DNA of 55,810 nt from a bacterium (lineage in GTDB: Bacteria > SZUA-182 > DTGQ01 > JAFGSM01). A program made the translations under genes and the position numbers. Of this stretch, positions 29,001 to 38,337 are shown piece by piece. How positions within the stretch are numbered: position 1 is the first letter of the stretch; each line of letters opens with the position of its first letter. The stretch lies in NCBI GenBank assembly GCA_049472335.1, contig JBLIRO010000032.1:1-55810 (forward strand). The letters are read 5' to 3'. The notes beneath the pieces were generated by a model. It ran no database searches. It saw only the letters and a program-made list of their open reading frames with translations, and was not told where the DNA came from.

Positions 29001-32000
29001 ATGACCATTCCGCCTTCGTAAATAGGACGATTGCTGTTGACACCGATCCCTATGCCATTGAAGTTAGTATCAGGGTTTCCATGGGCTTGAGCACCGATAC
29101 CGGAAGCAGTAATCCCGGTAAACATATAATCAAATCCCTTATTTACTGTCTCCACATACGGATTTTCCTGATTGTCGCCGTCCTGGAGGTGACCGTTTAT
29201 CTCAAAGGCCTGGATAGCTGAGGCTGTTGGGGATGTATAGTAACTTGAATAGGATGTCCATTTGCCGTCCGCCTTGTTCTGACTCTTGTGTAGCCACCAA
29301 AGTCCTTCGTCGATGGCGATATTGGTCCTGGAATCAAGGTTCTGGGGCCTTACCATCACGTAATAATTATCCGTGCCTGACAGGCCGGCGCTATCCCATA
29401 CGGTAAGAGTAGCGGTGAAAGGTGTGCCGTCGGGTGAGACAGGGTAGGTGTGACTGACCTCGATGGCGTACTTATCAGTCACTGCAGCAGGGGGATTCGG
29501 GGAAGGCGGTGATCCGTCTCCGAAATTCCACTGATAGGTAAGGTCTCCGGCATCCCTTACAATGGCCTTGAGCCTGATGCTTCTGCCATTATAGGTGTCG
29601 TGAGGCGAGAGGGGGTTTCCTGCCACCCAGGGTACACAGATGACATCCGGTGCAAGATTGTCAGCCACATTCACCGTGGATGTATCCGTGCCGGTCTGAC
29701 CCACACAATCCACTACCGTTAGAGTAACCGTATATGTACCTGCAGCGGAGTAAGTATAGAATGGTTTTCTGCCCACTGCGTCCATGTCGTTTGTAAAATT
29801 CCCGTCACCGTCACTGTCCACGGTATCATCCGCGTCCCAGAGATATTTGGCAATACCGATGTCATCCGACGATCCGCTGCCGTTGAAATATGCCGGAGGC
29901 CCGCCCGCGCCTGCCGTGTAGGGCCCGCCCGCATCCGCTACAGGTGCCGAACCGACGGTCAAGGTGATCGTCGCAGTATCGATAGCGGATTGAAGGACAT
30001 GATCCGTCACCCTGAGAGCAACGATATATGTCCCGGCGCCGGGAAAGACATGCATAATCCTTTTGCCCTCATCTCCGGAAGGATTGAATCCTACTGAGAT
30101 GTTATGATCCCAGTCCCACTCATACTTGTATATTCCATGGTCATCGAAAGAACCGCTTGCGTCAAACTTGACGCTCCACTGCCCATTGAAATTATAGCTC
30201 TCATCGAGAACACCGTCCGGAGCAATGTCAGCAACCGGGGGATTGTTGGCAAGTGTGGTTACGGTCGTTGAATCGCTATCTGTCTGGTTGGCCTGATCAT
30301 ATACCGTGAGACTGATTGTATGCATTCCCAGTCCATAGAGACGGTAAGACGGTGAAGGCCCCACGGCGATCTCCTTGATATCGTCGATTATACAGGTTCC
30401 TGAGCTGACCGTTATTCCTCGCTTAAAGGAAGCAGAAGTGCTGTGACTGGAATCATATAATAAGATCCATTCCGGAGATCCGGCGGCACGATAATAGTAC
30501 CTGGCTCCCTGGGTCTCCTTGAGCTCGATGCGTATCTCATACCAGGTATTGAAAGAATAATCGCTGCCTGTGTCACCCCTGCTTGAACCGTCTTCGTAGA
30601 TATAGATATTCCCGTTATAGAAATAGATGGCATAGGTCCATTGATTATAATGGAAACCGGAATCCGAGTTGTTCTTAAATCCTATCATTGCGTAACCGCT
30701 TCCGGTTTGTTCGATTTTTGCCTCAAAGGCCATGCCCTCGACACGGTTATAGGTGTCCTTGCTGCAAAAATAGCGGTTTCCCCAGGTACCATCACCCGTG
30801 ATGGACACTTCGTTGTTCTGGGTTACACCGGAGCCGCTTAGTGCCCATTTATTATCATTTACAACCGTTCCGTCAAAGGTGTCCGTACCCAGGTTCCAGA
30901 TATATTTTCCAATATTGCTTTCAGGGTCCGAAGAACCAGTGCCATCAAGAGAAACCGTCCATCCGCCGGCAAAAGCGTTGCCTGAAAATTCATCCACAAC
31001 ATATGGACCACCGGCATCAGCTGTAGGAGGGTCACCTGTGGTAATGGCTACAGTCATTGTATCAACGCTACTCTGAAGGGCATGGTCAGTAACCCTGACT
31101 GCCACGATATATGTACCCGGCGCTGACCAGGAATGGGAGGCCGTTGCACCTGTGTCTCCGGATGGATTAAAACCGGCCATGGGATCATAGTCCCAGTCCC
31201 ATTCATAAGTATATATGCCATAATCATCGGTTGAGGCGCTTGCGTCGAAACCGACTGCCCAATTCCCGTCCGATGCAGCCGTTTCATCAAGGTTCTGATC
31301 AGGACCGGCATACGCGATAGGAACGTCACCGCTTGTAAGATTTACAAGGATGTTATCCGTATCACTTTGGCCAGCCCTGTCATATACCGTCAGGTCAACG
31401 CTGAACGCCCCGGTGCCGAAGTAAAGGGTAAAGTCCGGATTTACACCTGCGGTGGTTTCCAGGAAATCATCCATGGTAAATGTTCCGTCATAAACGGTTA
31501 TCCCTTTTCTGAGGCTTGTATCGGATGTGGTATAACCGGAATTATAGACCTCGTACCATAATTCGGTTCCGGATGGGCGATAGGAGTAAACGGCCCCGGC
31601 TTCTTTCAGCTCGATCCTGAAGTCATACCAGGTATTATACGCATAATTAAAACCTGTATCGCCCCGGCTGTTGCTGTTCTCATAGATATAGATGCTCCCG
31701 TTGGACAAATAGAACTCATAAGGAAACTGATTGTAATGGAAATTGGTGGTGCTTGTGTTCTTGAATCCGAACATGCACCGGCCGCTGCCGGGGGTCTTGA
31801 TTCTGGTCTGAAAGACCTGGCCTACAACCTTGGGGAACGTGGCCTTAGTTACCATGTATCGTGTATCCCATGTGCTGACACCAGTGAGTGATACCTCGTC
31901 ATCCTGGCTTATGCCCCCATTTGTGAACCACTTCCCACTTTTAAACTCTGTGCCGTCAAACGGGTCCACACCAAAGTTCCATACATGTTTCCTGATCTCC

Positions 32001-34174
32001 ACATCATCGCTGGAACCTGAACCATCAAGACTGAATGTCCATCCCCCTTCAAAGGCATGGGATTCATCAGCGCTGTAAGGTCCGCCGGCATCTGCTACAG
32101 GGGGATCTCCGGCTTGCATTATCATGGGGATGCTCCCGCTGGCTTCTGTCCCTGCTGCATCTGATACTGACAGGTCAACATTATAGGTCCCCTGTTTGAA
32201 TTTGTGTTGGAGAGTTTCGCCTGTGGCTGATCTGCTGACTACAAGATTGTCAAATATTGCCTCTGTTCGATAGGTGGAGAATCCGATATGCCCGATACTA
32301 AAGGAACTGTCATGAAAGGCGAACAAAAGGATTCCATCCAGATAAAATTCCATCAAAGTGCCTTCGCAAACAATCTTGATATGGTATGTACTACCATTTG
32401 TAACAGGATAGGAAGGAAAGGTGGAGGGAAGGTCAAACTCATATATATTAGACGCGCTCCCATTTGTATACCTGTAAAGCAGGACATCATTATTCCCTCT
32501 TCCCCTCAGGATATACTCGTAATGGTTATCCGAATTCTCCGCCCTGAATATGACCTGCGCCTCTTCACCAGCACCTGATACCAGCTTTACATCCGCCTCG
32601 ATGGTCACATTATCATATTTTTCTTCAAAAAGTGTCCATGTCCTGTCAAGTCCCGCGTCACTCTGCCAATATGAATAATTTCCGTCAATGATATCCGTGT
32701 CGGTCACTGCCCAGGTTCCCGCTATAACATGCCACCTGTCCGCATTAGCGTCCTCGAAATCTTCAATGAGGATCTGGCTGATATCCCATTCATAGGAGAC
32801 TATTCCCTCTGTGTCAAAGGCATAGGATGAGCCGTTGAGTGTCAGGTCCCATATGCCGCCGTCAGCCTGCGCTTCCTCAAAAACTACGGTATTGGTGTCG
32901 ATCCATGGCGCGTCCCCCTCGACATGGACAACGGCTGTGTCATAATCACTTTTCCCTTCATTGTCCATGACCATTAGATTGGGGAAATATGTCCCTTCAC
33001 TTGCATAGGTATGGTTAATTGTTCCCACGCTGGTGCCGGCTCCCGTTGCAGTGTTTCCGTCTCCGAAGTTCCAGATCCAGGAATCAAGATAATCGTCCGG
33101 ATCGTAAGATCCCAAACCGTCTAAATTGGCTGTATCACCCACACCGATGGTTTGGATGGCCGGGGATATGTCCGCGACCGGCACACCGGCAGGAGGTCCT
33201 ATGGGCTCAGCGGACAGGCCGAGGGAATTGGAAGAGGTCGATCCTATCTCTGTGGCGGTACCGAATGTCCCATCTCCGTTTCCGGGAAAATAATATACCC
33301 TTCTGCCGCTATAGTTTACTGCGACAATGTCCAGGTTTCCGTCCGCGTTAAAATCATATGCGTCATAACAGCCGTGATTATTAAAATCCAGGCTGGCAAT
33401 GGTACCAACATATGTAAAGGTGCGGTCTCCGTTCCCGGTCCATAAAAGAGCGGCGCCACCACTTCCTTCATTGGCAACGATATCGTCATTTCCATCATTG
33501 TTGAAATCACCGGCAACTACCCCGTACGGGTCCGATCCTGAATCTCCAAGATAAAGATTGGAGGGAAAGGCCCCTGTTCCGTCACCCCAGTAAATTTCGA
33601 TGTATCCGTAATACCTTCCCCTCACAAAATCGAGATTTCCGTCATGATCAAAATCGGCAGCATCCATACCACGGCCATTGTTTCCCAGACTGGATTCACT
33701 CTTGGTAAAATTGCCTTTGCCGTCACCCAGAAAAAATCCTACTGTGGTGGAATTCGTGTTTGCAATGAAATCCAAATTGCCGTCATTATTATAATCACCG
33801 GAAGTCATATCCATCACATAGCTGCTGGCATTGCTAATGGTCCCAATCATAGCCGACTTCGTGAAGTTATTGTTCCCGTCATTAAGAAAGAGGTAAAGAT
33901 ATGCCGTGCTTGAGATGCCTCGGCCAGCAATGAAATCCATAAAACCATCATTGTTGAAGTCATTGATGGTTACCCCTCGCGCATAACTGCCACCCAGATA
34001 ATCGATACGGGCATAATCGCTAAAGGTGCCGTCTCCGTTGCTTTTGGCATAGTATATGTTCGATGAATCATCTATGGCGATTATAAATCCGTTTGCGCCA
34101 TAAGCCAGATTCACACTTGCCAGAAACATAAAGCAGAAAATCAATACGATGGAGAGATTTTTTATGAATCTCAT
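26024..34174 (-). CDS. 2716-aa secreted/surface protein: FG-GAP repeats, many PKD domains, inserted lectin-like beta-sandwiches, prenyltransferase-like helical domain, Ig/cadherin-like and Fn3 C-terminus
   Basis: Signal peptide; DFNNDGxxD repeats; PxADAGGPY...YxWD...GTYTVxLxVTD repeats; GGWRYS..ADNS helical domain; VQLTW..YNIYRS..YYYVV Fn3. Confidence 0.9.
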   Translation of the reverse strand: MRFIKNLSIVLIFCFMFLASVNLAYGANGFIIAIDDSSNIYYAKSNGDGTFSDYARIDYLGGSYARGVTINDFNNDGFMDFIAGRGISSTAYLYLFLNDGNNNFTKSAMIGTISNASSYVMDMTSGDYNNDGNLDFIANTNSTTVGFFLGDGKGNFTKSESSLGNNGRGMDAADFDHDGNLDFVRGRYYGYIEIYWGDGTGAFPSNLYLGDSGSDPYGVVAGDFNNDGNDDIVANEGSGGAALLWTGNGDRTFTYVGTIASLDFNNHGCYDAYDFNADGNLDIVAVNYSGRRVYYFPGNGDGTFGTATEIGSTSSNSLGLSAEPIGPPAGVPVADISPAIQTIGVGDTANLDGLGSYDPDDYLDSWIWNFGDGNTATGAGTSVGTINHTYASEGTYFPNLMVMDNEGKSDYDTAVVHVEGDAPWIDTNTVVFEEAQADGGIWDLTLNGSSYAFDTEGIVSYEWDISQILIEDFEDANADRWHVIAGTWAVTDTDIIDGNYSYWQSDAGLDRTWTLFEEKYDNVTIEADVKLVSGAGEEAQVIFRAENSDNHYEYILRGRGNNDVLLYRYTNGSASNIYEFDLPSTFPSYPVTNGSTYHIKIVCEGTLMEFYLDGILLFAFHDSSFSIGHIGFSTYRTEAIFDNLVVSRSATGETLQHKFKQGTYNVDLSVSDAAGTEASGSIPMIMQAGDPPVADAGGPYSADESHAFEGGWTFSLDGSGSSDDVEIRKHVWNFGVDPFDGTEFKSGKWFTNGGISQDDEVSLTGVSTWDTRYMVTKATFPKVVGQVFQTRIKTPGSGRCMFGFKNTSTTNFHYNQFPYEFYLSNGSIYIYENSNSRGDTGFNYAYNTWYDFRIELKEAGAVYSYRPSGTELWYEVYNSGYTTSDTSLRKGITVYDGTFTMDDFLETTAGVNPDFTLYFGTGAFSVDLTVYDRAGQSDTDNILVNLTSGDVPIAYAGPDQNLDETAASDGNWAVGFDASASTDDYGIYTYEWDWDYDPMAGFNPSGDTGATASHSWSAPGTYIVAVRVTDHALQSSVDTMTVAITTGDPPTADAGGPYVVDEFSGNAFAGGWTVSLDGTGSSDPESNIGKYIWNLGTDTFDGTVVNDNKWALSGSGVTQNNEVSITGDGTWGNRYFCSKDTYNRVEGMAFEAKIEQTGSGYAMIGFKNNSDSGFHYNQWTYAIYFYNGNIYIYEDGSSRGDTGSDYSFNTWYEIRIELKETQGARYYYRAAGSPEWILLYDSSHSTSASFKRGITVSSGTCIIDDIKEIAVGPSPSYRLYGLGMHTISLTVYDQANQTDSDSTTVTTLANNPPVADIAPDGVLDESYNFNGQWSVKFDASGSFDDHGIYKYEWDWDHNISVGFNPSGDEGKRIMHVFPGAGTYIVALRVTDHVLQSAIDTATITLTVGSAPVADAGGPYTAGAGGPPAYFNGSGSSDDIGIAKYLWDADDTVDSDGDGNFTNDMDAVGRKPFYTYSAAGTYTVTLTVVDCVGQTGTDTSTVNVADNLAPDVICVPWVAGNPLSPHDTYNGRSIRLKAIVRDAGDLTYQWNFGDGSPPSPNPPAAVTDKYAIEVSHTYPVSPDGTPFTATLTVWDSAGLSGTDNYYVMVRPQNLDSRTNIAIDEGLWWLHKSQNKADGKWTSYSSYYTSPTASAIQAFEINGHLQDGDNQENPYVETVNKGFDYMFTGITASGIGAQAHGNPDTNFNGIGIGVNSNRPIYEGGMVMDAIASSNNPRGFATTGGANINGRFFYEILTDMVDMYAWGQVDSGSARGGWRYSWNSAADNSACQWAAIGMIAAEDNFGILIPQWVKDENDIWLNYSYNGTGFGYTGAGNGVATTPSGMVQLAFGDKTTDDPRWRTAEDYIANHWYWQNNNYYGAYALVKSLRLAQPTAVVNLSATGLDWYNDPATGVRKRIVDQQNTSGYWNVTYGSGFSTSWAIIMLTPTLFVQPPVADAGDDIIWAYDMELTFDASGSFHMDPTRSIVLYEWDFDGDGTWDYVTTDPSDPNARYTYPDPDPNTSGDPPQIYTVRLRVTDDNDPAQTDIDTREVTVAEPPHAPYAEHGGPYTATAGIPLTLDGSGSYDIDPGDGISTYQWDLDNDGVWFDDVDLDTTDATAEWTFASPGSYAIGLKVWDNGAFNPISCTIGVDCIPMESIPEFTIVTVFENLAPVADADGPYFVNEGTPLQLDGSGSYEPNGDTMYFAWDLDEDGNYDDSISATPTYTWMDNGTYTVGLKVSDSLLEDTDTSTVTVNDLKPSAGFTWQPEPQAEGSAVIFSDTSTSYPDTIVGWSWDFAGLGTSSTKNPSFTFNDNGTYKVTLTVTDDDGSMDSVSHNVTITDNAPAAHLSGDTTLDEGQAGNYDASGSASYPDGIIGYEWDWDYDGVTFNPSGDTGAIQSHSWMDDGTYTVAVRVTDDDGSMDIATLVVSVNDLAPTAALTGDTLLDEGQAGSYDASGSTSPADSIVSYEWDWDYDGVTFNPSGDTGALQTHTWTVPDMYTVAVRVTDDDGSTDIATLTVAVSSVNKPPVLQGIGPQSMNEGESLSIPLSATDPDPGDTLTFSATGLPGFCSLIDNGDGTGSMECNPTYSDSGIYPITVIVTDDGVPNLSDTESFTLTVNDISQQIQTIFDLSARPKSGKVQLTWSPVAGAMCYNIYRSQTSGGPYSLIASCQVTDYCTYLDYNVVNGITYYYVVTSLSGGIESLYSNEASATPSARTR

Positions 34175-34507
34175 AATTTTTTACCCCTTTCTTCTGGTGT
34201 GTTATGATTGGTTTGACATATCTCCCTATGGTTCTTAAGCCAAAACTGTGTGTTTCCCTGGTTATGTGTAATAATCCCCCAAATTCTTCTTGGTAGTTTT
34301 AAAAATAAAATTTTGAGACCAGAAAAAGGGTAAGCATCATTTATGCCTTTAAATGGATAAACACCTAGCTTAAGAATTCATAGTGGATTAATAAAATGGT
34401 GGAAAAACACATTGCATGATTTTTTGCATATTATTTATGAAAAAAGAGAAAATTTTATGTCTTTTAAGAGAAATAATGTAAGCGATTGGGAGTAAATTTT
34501 ATTGATA

Positions 34508-35476
34508 TTAAAAAGTCTTATGGATTATCCACCTGAGCAGCTTGCCGGGGGCTTTATAATCGACAATGTCCTTCAATTTGTCAAGGGAGATTTCTGCCCG
34601 TGCCACACTTTTGTGTCCTCCTGCGGAGCCTATGTCCCCGAATCTTTGTTGCGCAAGTTTGCCTGCATCCTTACGAATACCGTTATTCCTGATGATTATT
34701 ATAAGATTTTCTTTGTAGAGACCGGCAATAAAAGTCCAGTCAATTCCATAGATCTTCATGAAAAAATCGGCTATCAACACGCATACATCGGGATTTACAA
34801 CAGATCCGAGGTTTACATAAGTACGATTCCCACGGATCTCCATATTATCCAAAGCAATCTGATAATATTTCAGGAATTGGATTGTTATTTCGGCATATTC
34901 GATTTTCCGGGCAACGGTGACATTAATAAAACGGAAAAGATATTGAAAGGCCCTCATGTCTTCCGGCAGGGCCTGTCGCTCGAAGTTGCTTGTATCGGTT
35001 TTTATTCCATAAAAAAGAGCTGTTGCCAGTTTCATAGAGGGCTTTATTTTAGCCGCTTTAAGGTATTCTGTCATAATGCTGGATGTAGCCCCGTATTGAG
35101 GCCTGATATCCGTAAAAGTGACATCAACATTAGTTAACGGATGGTGATCAATTATGACGGAAAAGTTGAGAGGGGAAAAACTCTGATTGTGTGATGGCTG
35201 GGAGTCAACCAAAACAAATTTGTTGAAGTTATCAATGTCTATTGCCTCGAAGGGGATAAGTTTTACCTTTAAAAGGCGTACCATAGCAAGATTGTCAGGT
35301 CTTTTTATAACATTTATATTGGAGATAGTGACACTGGTAACTTTATGCCATAAAAGCCGCTTCATTGCAACGGCACTCCCGATGGAGTCGGGATCGGCAT
35401 TTATGGGAAGCAGCACACTGTCATCCTTTGTGAACTGGGCAAGCATTTTTTTAAGTTTTTCGGTATTTGACGGCAT
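34508..35476 (-). CDS. DHH family phosphoesterase
   Basis: NADPDS, VDSQ, IDHH, GIKTDT and GGH motifs; probable start MPSNTEK at 35476. Confidence 0.88.
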   Translation of the reverse strand: MPSNTEKLKKMLAQFTKDDSVLLPINADPDSIGSAVAMKRLLWHKVTSVTISNINVIKRPDNLAMVRLLKVKLIPFEAIDIDNFNKFVLVDSQPSHNQSFSPLNFSVIIDHHPLTNVDVTFTDIRPQYGATSSIMTEYLKAAKIKPSMKLATALFYGIKTDTSNFERQALPEDMRAFQYLFRFINVTVARKIEYAEITIQFLKYYQIALDNMEIRGNRTYVNLGSVVNPDVCVLIADFFMKIYGIDWTFIAGLYKENLIIIIRNNGIRKDAGKLAQQRFGDIGSAGGHKSVARAEISLDKLKDIVDYKAPGKLLRWIIHKTF

Positions 35477-35604
35477 GATATTTAAGCGAATGTCTTTACT
35501 GTTAAAAAGAGTCAGGGCTTGACAATTAAAAATAAATAAAATATAAAATTTTATAAATATTAACAAAATAAATTGACAAATGTCAATATCCGATGTCCAC
35601 ATTA

Positions 35605-35665
35605 ACTTTAGGCGCTTAACGCTTTAGGCACTTTAGCGATCTTATTTTATGACTTCAGGCACTTT
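35605..35665 (+). repeat. Short ctttaggc(a/g)ctt repeats
   Basis: actttaggcgctt, gctttaggcactt and acttcaggcactt. Confidence 0.5.
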
Positions 35666-35879
35666 TTAATGAATGATTATATATTATGAACATGATTTTT
35701 TTTAGAATATTCTAAATAACCGTTTTTTTCTGGCTTCTTTCCTTTTTTTTTGATATGCTATAACAATATTATAAACAAGTTTTTTAATTAAATTATAGTA
35801 CGATTCGGCAGTTAGCAGTTTTTAGGGGCTTTATGGGCCAAATGCTTTTTTAGTTTTTCGATATTTGAAAATATAAGGG

Positions 35880-37190
35880 ATGGATAATAGTAACGTAAAA
35901 AAAGTATTAGTGTATCGCTGGCTCATTTTTTTGCTCCTGGCTCTGGCCTATTTTTTTGTCTACTTCCATAGATTTGCTCTTTCAGTGGTTGCGGCGGACA
36001 TCGACAAGGCCTTCAGTCCTTCCGCAAGTCTCATGGGGATACTTGGGTCCGTTTATTTTTATTGCTATGCGTTTATGCAGTTCCCTGCAGGGCTCATTTC
36101 AGATTCACTTGGTCCCAGAAAAGGTGTCACATTTTTTCTTGTTATAGCATCTTTAGGAAGTATTCTGTTTGGGTTAGCTACATTTTTTTGGATTGCTGTT
36201 ATCGGCCGTATCCTGGTGGGATTGGGCGTGTCATTGGTATTTATATCCACCATGAAGATTCTTTCCCAGTGGTTCAAAGCAAAAGAGTTTGCTTTTATGG
36301 CCGCGGTATTGAATGCAGTGGGCGGTTTGGGTATACTAACATCTACGGCACCCCTGGCATTTATGACAGGGTTCCTGGGGTGGAGGTTTTCTTTTGTGAT
36401 TATAGGATTTTTGACCTTTGTAATTGCTCTGCTTGCATGGTTCATTGTAAAGGACAAACCGGCGGATAAGGGTTGGCCTTCCATTGAAAAAATGGAAAAT
36501 AGACCCGAAGCCGTCAATCCTCAGCCAATTTCCTTATCCTTATGGGAAGGAGCTCGCAGGGTCATTACAGAAAAATATTTCTGGCCTGTTGCCATATGGT
36601 TTTTCTTCGATTGCGGTATATTTTTCGGTTTCGGAGCGCTTTGGAGCGGGCCTTATCTTATGCATGTTTATGGTATGTCTCAAGCAAAAGCAGGGATTAT
36701 CCTTACTATGCTTGCTGTTGGGATGATCGGGGGGAGCCCAATTATTAGTCTTTTATCCGACAGGTTTCTTCCAAGCAAGAAGAAGCTTCTTATGCTTTCC
36801 TCAGCCGGGTTATTTGCTGATATTCTTTTCTTAAATATCATGCCCAAAGGACTTTCCAGGTTTGTTTTGCTTGTGGTTTTTCTGATGCTTTCTTTGTGTT
36901 CATCAGCAATTGTATTCGTGGCATTTACAACCGTAAAAGAACTTTTTCCAGTAGAGATCGCTGGAACCTCCGTGGGCACCCTCAATCTGTTTCCCTTTCT
37001 GGGAGGAGCTGTTTTTCAGCCTCTTCTCGGAAGGGTGCTTGATGCTTATCCTAAATCAGGTACATCGGGATATCCTCTTCGGGCCTATTCCGCAATGATG
37101 CTGGTTCTGCTGGCTGCATCGGTAATATCCCTGCTTTGTACCTTTTTTATGAAAGAGACATCCCCATACGCATTAAGCCATAAACATTAA
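35880..37190 (+). CDS. MFS transporter
   Basis: About 12 TMs; YFHR, QFPAGLISDSLGPR and KELFP motifs. Confidence 0.92.
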   Translation: MDNSNVKKVLVYRWLIFLLLALAYFFVYFHRFALSVVAADIDKAFSPSASLMGILGSVYFYCYAFMQFPAGLISDSLGPRKGVTFFLVIASLGSILFGLATFFWIAVIGRILVGLGVSLVFISTMKILSQWFKAKEFAFMAAVLNAVGGLGILTSTAPLAFMTGFLGWRFSFVIIGFLTFVIALLAWFIVKDKPADKGWPSIEKMENRPEAVNPQPISLSLWEGARRVITEKYFWPVAIWFFFDCGIFFGFGALWSGPYLMHVYGMSQAKAGIILTMLAVGMIGGSPIISLLSDRFLPSKKKLLMLSSAGLFADILFLNIMPKGLSRFVLLVVFLMLSLCSSAIVFVAFTTVKELFPVEIAGTSVGTLNLFPFLGGAVFQPLLGRVLDAYPKSGTSGYPLRAYSAMMLVLLAASVISLLCTFFMKETSPYALSHKH

Positions 37191-37257
37191 AATATAAAAC
37201 AGTAATAGCTATATCAGACGTTGAGTATTATAGAAGAAAGTAAAGCAGGGTAGAAGG

Positions 37258-38190
37258 TTGTTATCAGGTAAATCCTTAAGAAGCAGGTTTGCGGGATGTT
37301 TGCTGGGACTGGCCCTTGGAGATAGTCTTGGGGCCCCTTTTGAAGGAATGCCCGGTGGGGAATACTCTTATTCGTGTGAGAATCCCCTTATATACACCGA
37401 TGATACGGAAATGATGATAAATCTAACAGAAAGCATCCTTTCTTCCAGGGCTGTTGATCCTGAAGACATAGCACAAGCCTTTGTTAAAGGATATACCAAG
37501 GGAAGGGGGTACGGCCGTGGCACAGTCAGGGCCCTTTCCCTTATCAAAGAAGGCATGTCTATTAATGAGGCCGCACGTTCCATATTCCCGGATGGCTCTT
37601 GTGGAAACGGAGCGGCGATGAGAGTGGCCCCTATCGGGCTTCTCTATTGGTGGAATTCAGGGTTTATTCTAGATGCTGCAGAAAAATCGAGCATTCCCAC
37701 ACATATCCATCCTCTTGGTATAGAAGGAGCAAAAATTATGGCTCTTGCCGTAGGCTTCACTATTAAAGGAATAACAAGAGAGGCCCTTCCCGGATCACTT
37801 ATCGATAATGTGAATGAAGAATTATACAGAAAAAAGTTGTCAGTAATCAGAGATTTACTCAGAGAAGATGCAAATGCCGGAGAAGTTGCACATCGGCTGG
37901 GAAACGGGGTGTTTGCCCATGAATCCGTACCTGCAGCCTTGTATGCCTTTATCAGGTTTGGAAATGATTATAAAAAGACGATCGAGTTTTGTTTTTCTCT
38001 GGGCGGCGATATTGATACCATCGCAGCCATGGCGGGAGCACTTTCAGGGGCATATGTCTCCGAGGATTGTTTGCCCGGGGAATGTATTCAAAAATTGGAG
38101 GACGCAGACAGAATAAAGTATTTATCATTTCAACTTTTTGAATTTTCAAATGCTTTGAAAACAAAACATATTGAAGCAAAGGCCATTTAG
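37258..38190 (+). CDS. ADP-ribosylglycohydrolase family protein
   Basis: GDSLG, TDDT, GNGAAMR and GDIDT motifs. Confidence 0.9.
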   Translation: MLSGKSLRSRFAGCLLGLALGDSLGAPFEGMPGGEYSYSCENPLIYTDDTEMMINLTESILSSRAVDPEDIAQAFVKGYTKGRGYGRGTVRALSLIKEGMSINEAARSIFPDGSCGNGAAMRVAPIGLLYWWNSGFILDAAEKSSIPTHIHPLGIEGAKIMALAVGFTIKGITREALPGSLIDNVNEELYRKKLSVIRDLLREDANAGEVAHRLGNGVFAHESVPAALYAFIRFGNDYKKTIEFCFSLGGDIDTIAAMAGALSGAYVSEDCLPGECIQKLEDADRIKYLSFQLFEFSNALKTKHIEAKAI

Positions 38191-38337
38191 ATTTGCTTTG
38201 TTTTATATAGATATAGATATAAAAAAGATCGGGTTGATTATGAGGCGGAAAGCTCAAGTGAACTATAAAGTGGTACGATTGTGATATAATGCTGAGAAAT
38301 CTTCGAAATATCATTTCGCTCTAATACGAGGGTTAAA

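Noticed and set aside
34502..35137. 211-aa plus-strand ORF
   Set aside because: Antisense to the DHH phosphoesterase; no motifs.
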